This document shows, in pieces, positions 63,929-64,000 of a stretch of 64,000 nucleotides of DNA. Within the stretch, counting starts at the first letter, position 1. The number at the start of each line of letters is the position of its first letter. The notes beneath the pieces are model-generated. The model ran no database searches and was not told the origin of the DNA. It saw only the letters and a list, made by a program, of their open reading frames with translations. Source of the stretch: Eledone cirrhosa (taxonomy: Eukaryota); the NCBI GenBank assembly GCA_964016885.1, contig OZ024759.1:12152001-12216000 (forward strand), given 5' to 3'. The translations under genes and the position numbers were made by a program.

Positions 63929-63938
63929 TCAGTAAAAG

Positions 63939-63971
<33 letters not shown>

Positions 63972-64000
63972 TTCAGAAGGACCCGTTCGGGGTAAAAGCA

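Overview
Repeat-rich, AT-rich eukaryotic DNA. The SINE/LINE repertoire, (TA)n density and gene content suggest an octopus/cephalopod (inference). Two multi-exon coiled-coil genes lie tail-to-tail and were assembled by hand with phase-consistent splice sites. On + is a CCDC166/CCDC121-like gene (6 exons, 2352-18301, 5' end outside the window) whose first visible intron looks U12-type. On - is an IQCE orthologue (18 exons, 59720-22304, about 615 aa). The introns hold RTE, CR1 and Tx1 LINE fragments, two tRNA-derived SINE families, Helitron, hAT, mariner and piggyBac-type non-autonomous elements, and many minisatellites grown from pieces of those elements. Highlights: (1) several sequence-distinct families of type I hammerhead ribozymes, mostly in back-to-back inverted repeats resembling Penelope pLTRs or retrozymes; (2) a full-length, nearly intact Tx1/L1-clade LINE (52592-58244) inside a 72-bp satellite that itself grew inside a TTAA piggyBac-type MITE; (3) repeated TE-to-satellite conversion next to splice sites. 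Most entries in the supplied ORF track are artefacts of simple repeats.
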